Shown piece after piece: positions 60,170 through 64,000 of a stretch of DNA of 64,000 nucleotides. Positions within the stretch are counted from its first letter, which is position 1; each line of letters begins with the position of its first letter. The notes beneath the pieces are model-generated. The model did no database searches. It saw nothing but the letters and a program-made list of their open reading frames with translations, and was not told the DNA's origin. Both the position numbers and the translations under genes were made by a program. Origin of the DNA: Raillietiella orientalis (lineage: Eukaryota). Where the stretch lies: the NCBI GenBank assembly GCA_036172245.1, contig JAYWIR010000002.1:2976001-3040000 (forward strand), written 5' to 3'.

Positions 60170-63100
60170 CTGCTGGCAGGGGGAAAGGTGAGTCACGTGA
60201 GCGGCCCACTGCTCCCGGAACAACGCCCTTCCTTCCCTCCTCCTCCTTTTTCCAAAGGGTGGAAGGGGAGGAATAAAGCGCGGGCGCCCTCCCCCGCAAC
60301 CTCGTCGAGGGAGAGAGAGGCCTCCTTCGCGCAGGGAAACGGCCCTAAAGGGAACGACGGCGCGCCTCGCTGGTCCCCCCGCAGCCGCTCGCAGCAAGAG
60401 GGGAGAGGGAGGGGGGAGAGCCCCTGCCATTCTGACGCTGCTCGCCATGACAGCCGGACTCAGGCCCGGCACAAACCCCGTGGAGTTGGGAGCGGGTCTT
60501 CCCAAGGGCCCGGCCAAAGCTTCCGCTCAAGGAGGACCGGGGGAGATCGCGGCGGCAGCTGCGCCCGTCCTCCTTGGCCGTTTGAGGGCCGCGGCGCTCC
60601 ACCGGAATGACCTCTCCGCGCGAGGTCACACTCCTGGTCGGGAGAGGAGACCCGTCCTGTTCCGCGACGTGGGCCGAGCGCTGCCCCGGAGCGCGCCTGC
60701 GGGAGGGCACGCAGGGAACCCCCATTTCAACCCTCACTCTCGAGGGACGGAGGGGTCCATGGATCAAAAGGAGGAAGAGAAGGAGGAAAGGGAGCAGGAC
60801 GCCTGCAGCTGAGCAGCTGAGGGAAGGAGAGAACCGGGTCGCGGGAAAAGGGCGAGTAGGTGGTCACAGGCCCGCCCTGCGACCGTGCCCGCCCGCTTCT
60901 CCATGGAGTCCGCTATTCTCGCGCTACCCGCTGCTGCTAACGATGGAAACCGGGCGGCGCCGCGTGGAGGGCGAGAGCATCCGATAGAGGGTCGCCCTGG
61001 CTAGGAGGCCTCCCAGGTCACTTCAGCCGGGGGATCCCACCTTCATCCCTGCCTCCTCTTCCTCCCGCCCCGTGCAGGAGTCCGCTCGGGGGTGGCACGG
61101 CGTCTTCTGCGCGCTACCTGCCCGTTCGCGTACTCACCCTCTCAGGGTTACCAGATGCCGCGAAGACGGGGCAACGGCGGCCATCGCTCGAAGGAAGGGA
61201 CGTGGGAGACGGCATCATCACTCGGAGGATCGCGCGCGATCGCACGGGGACATGCCCTCGCCCCGCCAGGAGCACACCTGCACGCGACGGGAGGCCCTTA
61301 ACAAGTGGCGCCTCGCCTGCGCGCGCCACTTGCTGCGTATGCGCGCTTCCCGCGGGACGCGAGGAGGGGAGTGGGGCAAACACCACGGGAACTAAACTGC
61401 TCTTCCCCCCCCCCTCCCCTCCCCAGCTACCGAGGAGGACACGCTTCCGACGCAACAAGTGAGCACAAGGGGTCCTCCGCTCTCCAAAAAACGGACATCA
61501 CTCGTGGTCGCTGCTGCACTCCAGACTCGTTCCCCATACCTGACGGGGCACGCCCCGCAGATCACAGAGCGGGTCGAGGCGGGGTCCACCGCGCATGCTC
61601 GCTCTCGGAGCACGCGCGGTCCGGGGAAGAGCATCCGTGACCCCTTGTCCTCCTCCTCCTCGTCCCGAGGAAAGGCGAGTTAACTCCGCAGCGCGCGAGC
61701 ATTCCGGGCAGTCAGACGCCCGCCGAAGCGTGCGCGCCAAGCGAACGGGAACAGGGGGTGCGAAACGAGCCTTTTTGTTTTGAGTACCGCGAAACAACAG
61801 GATTTGATTTGGAAAAAGTGAAATGGAGTGGAGTTGCACCGTACCGAACCGGACTTTCGGTCGATTTCGCGTTCTCAAGAGGGGGCGCTCTCGAATGTGC
61901 GTAATCGAGCGCTAAGGGAGACGGCGGCCGGCGTGACGTGGCAACGGGCGTAGGGGAGAAGAGGAGAGGGAGGGAGGGACGGGGGTGGCCCCGGCGGAAA
62001 GTGAAAGAAGCTGCGCGCGATGCGCCGCCAACTCGAAACGGAAAGGAGAGAAAGCTGTTACGCAAAATTTTAGCATGATGGATGGTGTGCCGCATCCTCC
62101 TTTGGCATTCCACGGGCAGCGTGTCTTCTTGGACATCCTTCGCGCACAATAGCAACCGATTGGAGGGAAAAGAAAAATCGATTGCGGCTCGAGTAAATAA
62201 TTGATCGATCGATCAAGTCTTTGTGCCACACCTTAATTAGGGAAATTGGTGGATAAGCAGTTGCGTCCGGGTTCACGGTGTCCCTTTTCAGACCAGAGAG
62301 ATTCCTGCAATTCCCGAGCGCTCTCTCCCCCTCTCCTTATCCCTTTAAGTCCAGACGTTCGTCTCCCGCAGACGGGGAACTTTCGGAAAGCGAACTGTGC
62401 CGATCGCCCTCCGACGATGCCCTGCCGGTTCGAAGGCTCGCATCGCACCGCTCACCCACAGCTTCATCCCTCCTTCCTCGATCTCCCAAGAAGATCATCA
62501 ATCTTACGTCAGCGCATTATCCTTTCTGAGCTGAACTTAACATCAGGCTTAAACACGCTCGATGAGCTCGTATTTAGCATACAAACGAACCGACGGACAC
62601 CGCCAGCGACACGGAGTCCTCCTCTGCTGCAAATGCCCGCGATTAAACGGAAACTCCACGCCACGTCTTCCCGTGGAACTTTTGTCATCTCCGAATTCCT
62701 ATCAACTGCATTTATTTATCCTCCACCCTCCTCCCACAGTCGCCACTACTCAGATCCAACATTTGTGTGTTTAAGGTATTTGTTTTTGACAGGGAGATTG
62801 GCATTCCGATTTTCTTCTCTCTTTCTCCTTTTTTTTCTTCTTCTTCCTTTTTTTTTTTTTTTTTTTTGCGTTTCCTGATGACTTAACTTCACCCTGGGCT
62901 TTTGAAGTTCGATGCGAGAGAGCTTCGCACGCATATTCCAGAGGCAGTATCTCTTGCGCAGAACAGGTGGGAGTAAATTATTTACAAGCAACTTCGGATT
63001 CCCATCATGCTGCTGCTTCCCGTGCCTTCCAAACGTGCACGGGGGAACGGGAGATGTTCCTGCCGTGCTGCAAGAACCACAGGGATTAGGGGATGAATTT

Positions 63101-64000
63101 ATCTCTTGCGAATGAACCCGGCGAACCAGAGCCTCCTTTCAAAGGGCGCAATCGATTAAACGATAAAAATGGGCACAACAATGGATGGGGGTGCACCGGA
63201 CAGCCCGTGACCCGGGACCTAATGCGGGAAAATTCCCTGATGGGTCCGCATCCGTCTCCACACAATGCTGCTCTCTTTCGTGATCGTGGGCGAAAAGATG
63301 ATGCTCAAAGATTAATGCTTATGCGAAGAAAAAAATGCAAATAAAAAAAAAAAAAATGCACAACAGGGATATTTTTTTTCCAGATATTAAAGTAGCTGCA
63401 CCTTGAGAATTTTCACGTTCATTTTTCGTTGCCAGATTTGTCATCCCCCCCCCCCACCCCCCATCATTTCACTTACGAAACACCCTTGATTTACGGATAT
63501 GCTAATTCCTCAAGAATTGAAGCGGTATGCGATAAGATAGCACATCTTTTTTTGCAATCGTCTTTTGCGCACGGCGGTGCTGCAATTCGTGTACACGAAA
63601 TGTGCACACACCGAGGTGTTCCACTGACCGCGACTGCCTTCGGCTGCACGTATGCACACGAGGCTTGCAAGCACGGGAGAGGCCGAACACGCGCACACCA
63701 GGTTGCGATGACCGGAGCCCATTTTGTCACAGAACACTTAAAAGAAGTGTTCACCCGGGAACGCGGGAGAAGGCACGTTCGGTAAACAGTGCAGAGCCGG
63801 GAGCGGACGCAATCACGGGATCTATTGATTGGGGGCAAAAGGGGTTCAGGTTGGAGGAGGATTACGGATCCCATTTTTTAATTGCATACGTAACGGAAGA
63901 AAGCACGAAGGGAAGCGAAAGTAATCTGGAAACGATCATCTCATGACACACTGCCTCCATCCTTCCTGCATCGCGCACAGGAATTTACCGGAGCCGACGG

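Overview
Eukaryotic, GC-rich, probably arthropod genomic DNA, not a prokaryotic locus. Most of the window is one large minus-strand multi-exon teneurin gene, most like the arthropod Ten-a type. I assembled 18 coding exons between 60169 and the stop at 6916. All 17 junctions are phase-consistent and the exons sum to 7997 nt (2 nt of a split codon plus 2665 codons including the stop). Encoded in order: part of the intracellular domain, a TM helix, an Ig-like linker with RSKR furin motifs, 8 EGF repeats, a Cys-rich region, FN-plug, NHL propeller, YD/Rhs shell and a degenerate Tox-GHH/TCAP C-terminus. The start codon was not found, and the two 5'-most exons rest on splice signals only. Beyond the 3' end lies a decayed, 5'-truncated L1/Tx1-like non-LTR retrotransposon on the plus strand (~3800-5640). 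Most other ORFs in the track appear to be GC-rich noise or antisense shadows. I found no convincing novel multi-gene system. The most notable details are within the teneurin: a doubled furin motif, stop-free in-frame micro-introns, a candidate GC-AG intron and a basic/Cys C-terminal tail.
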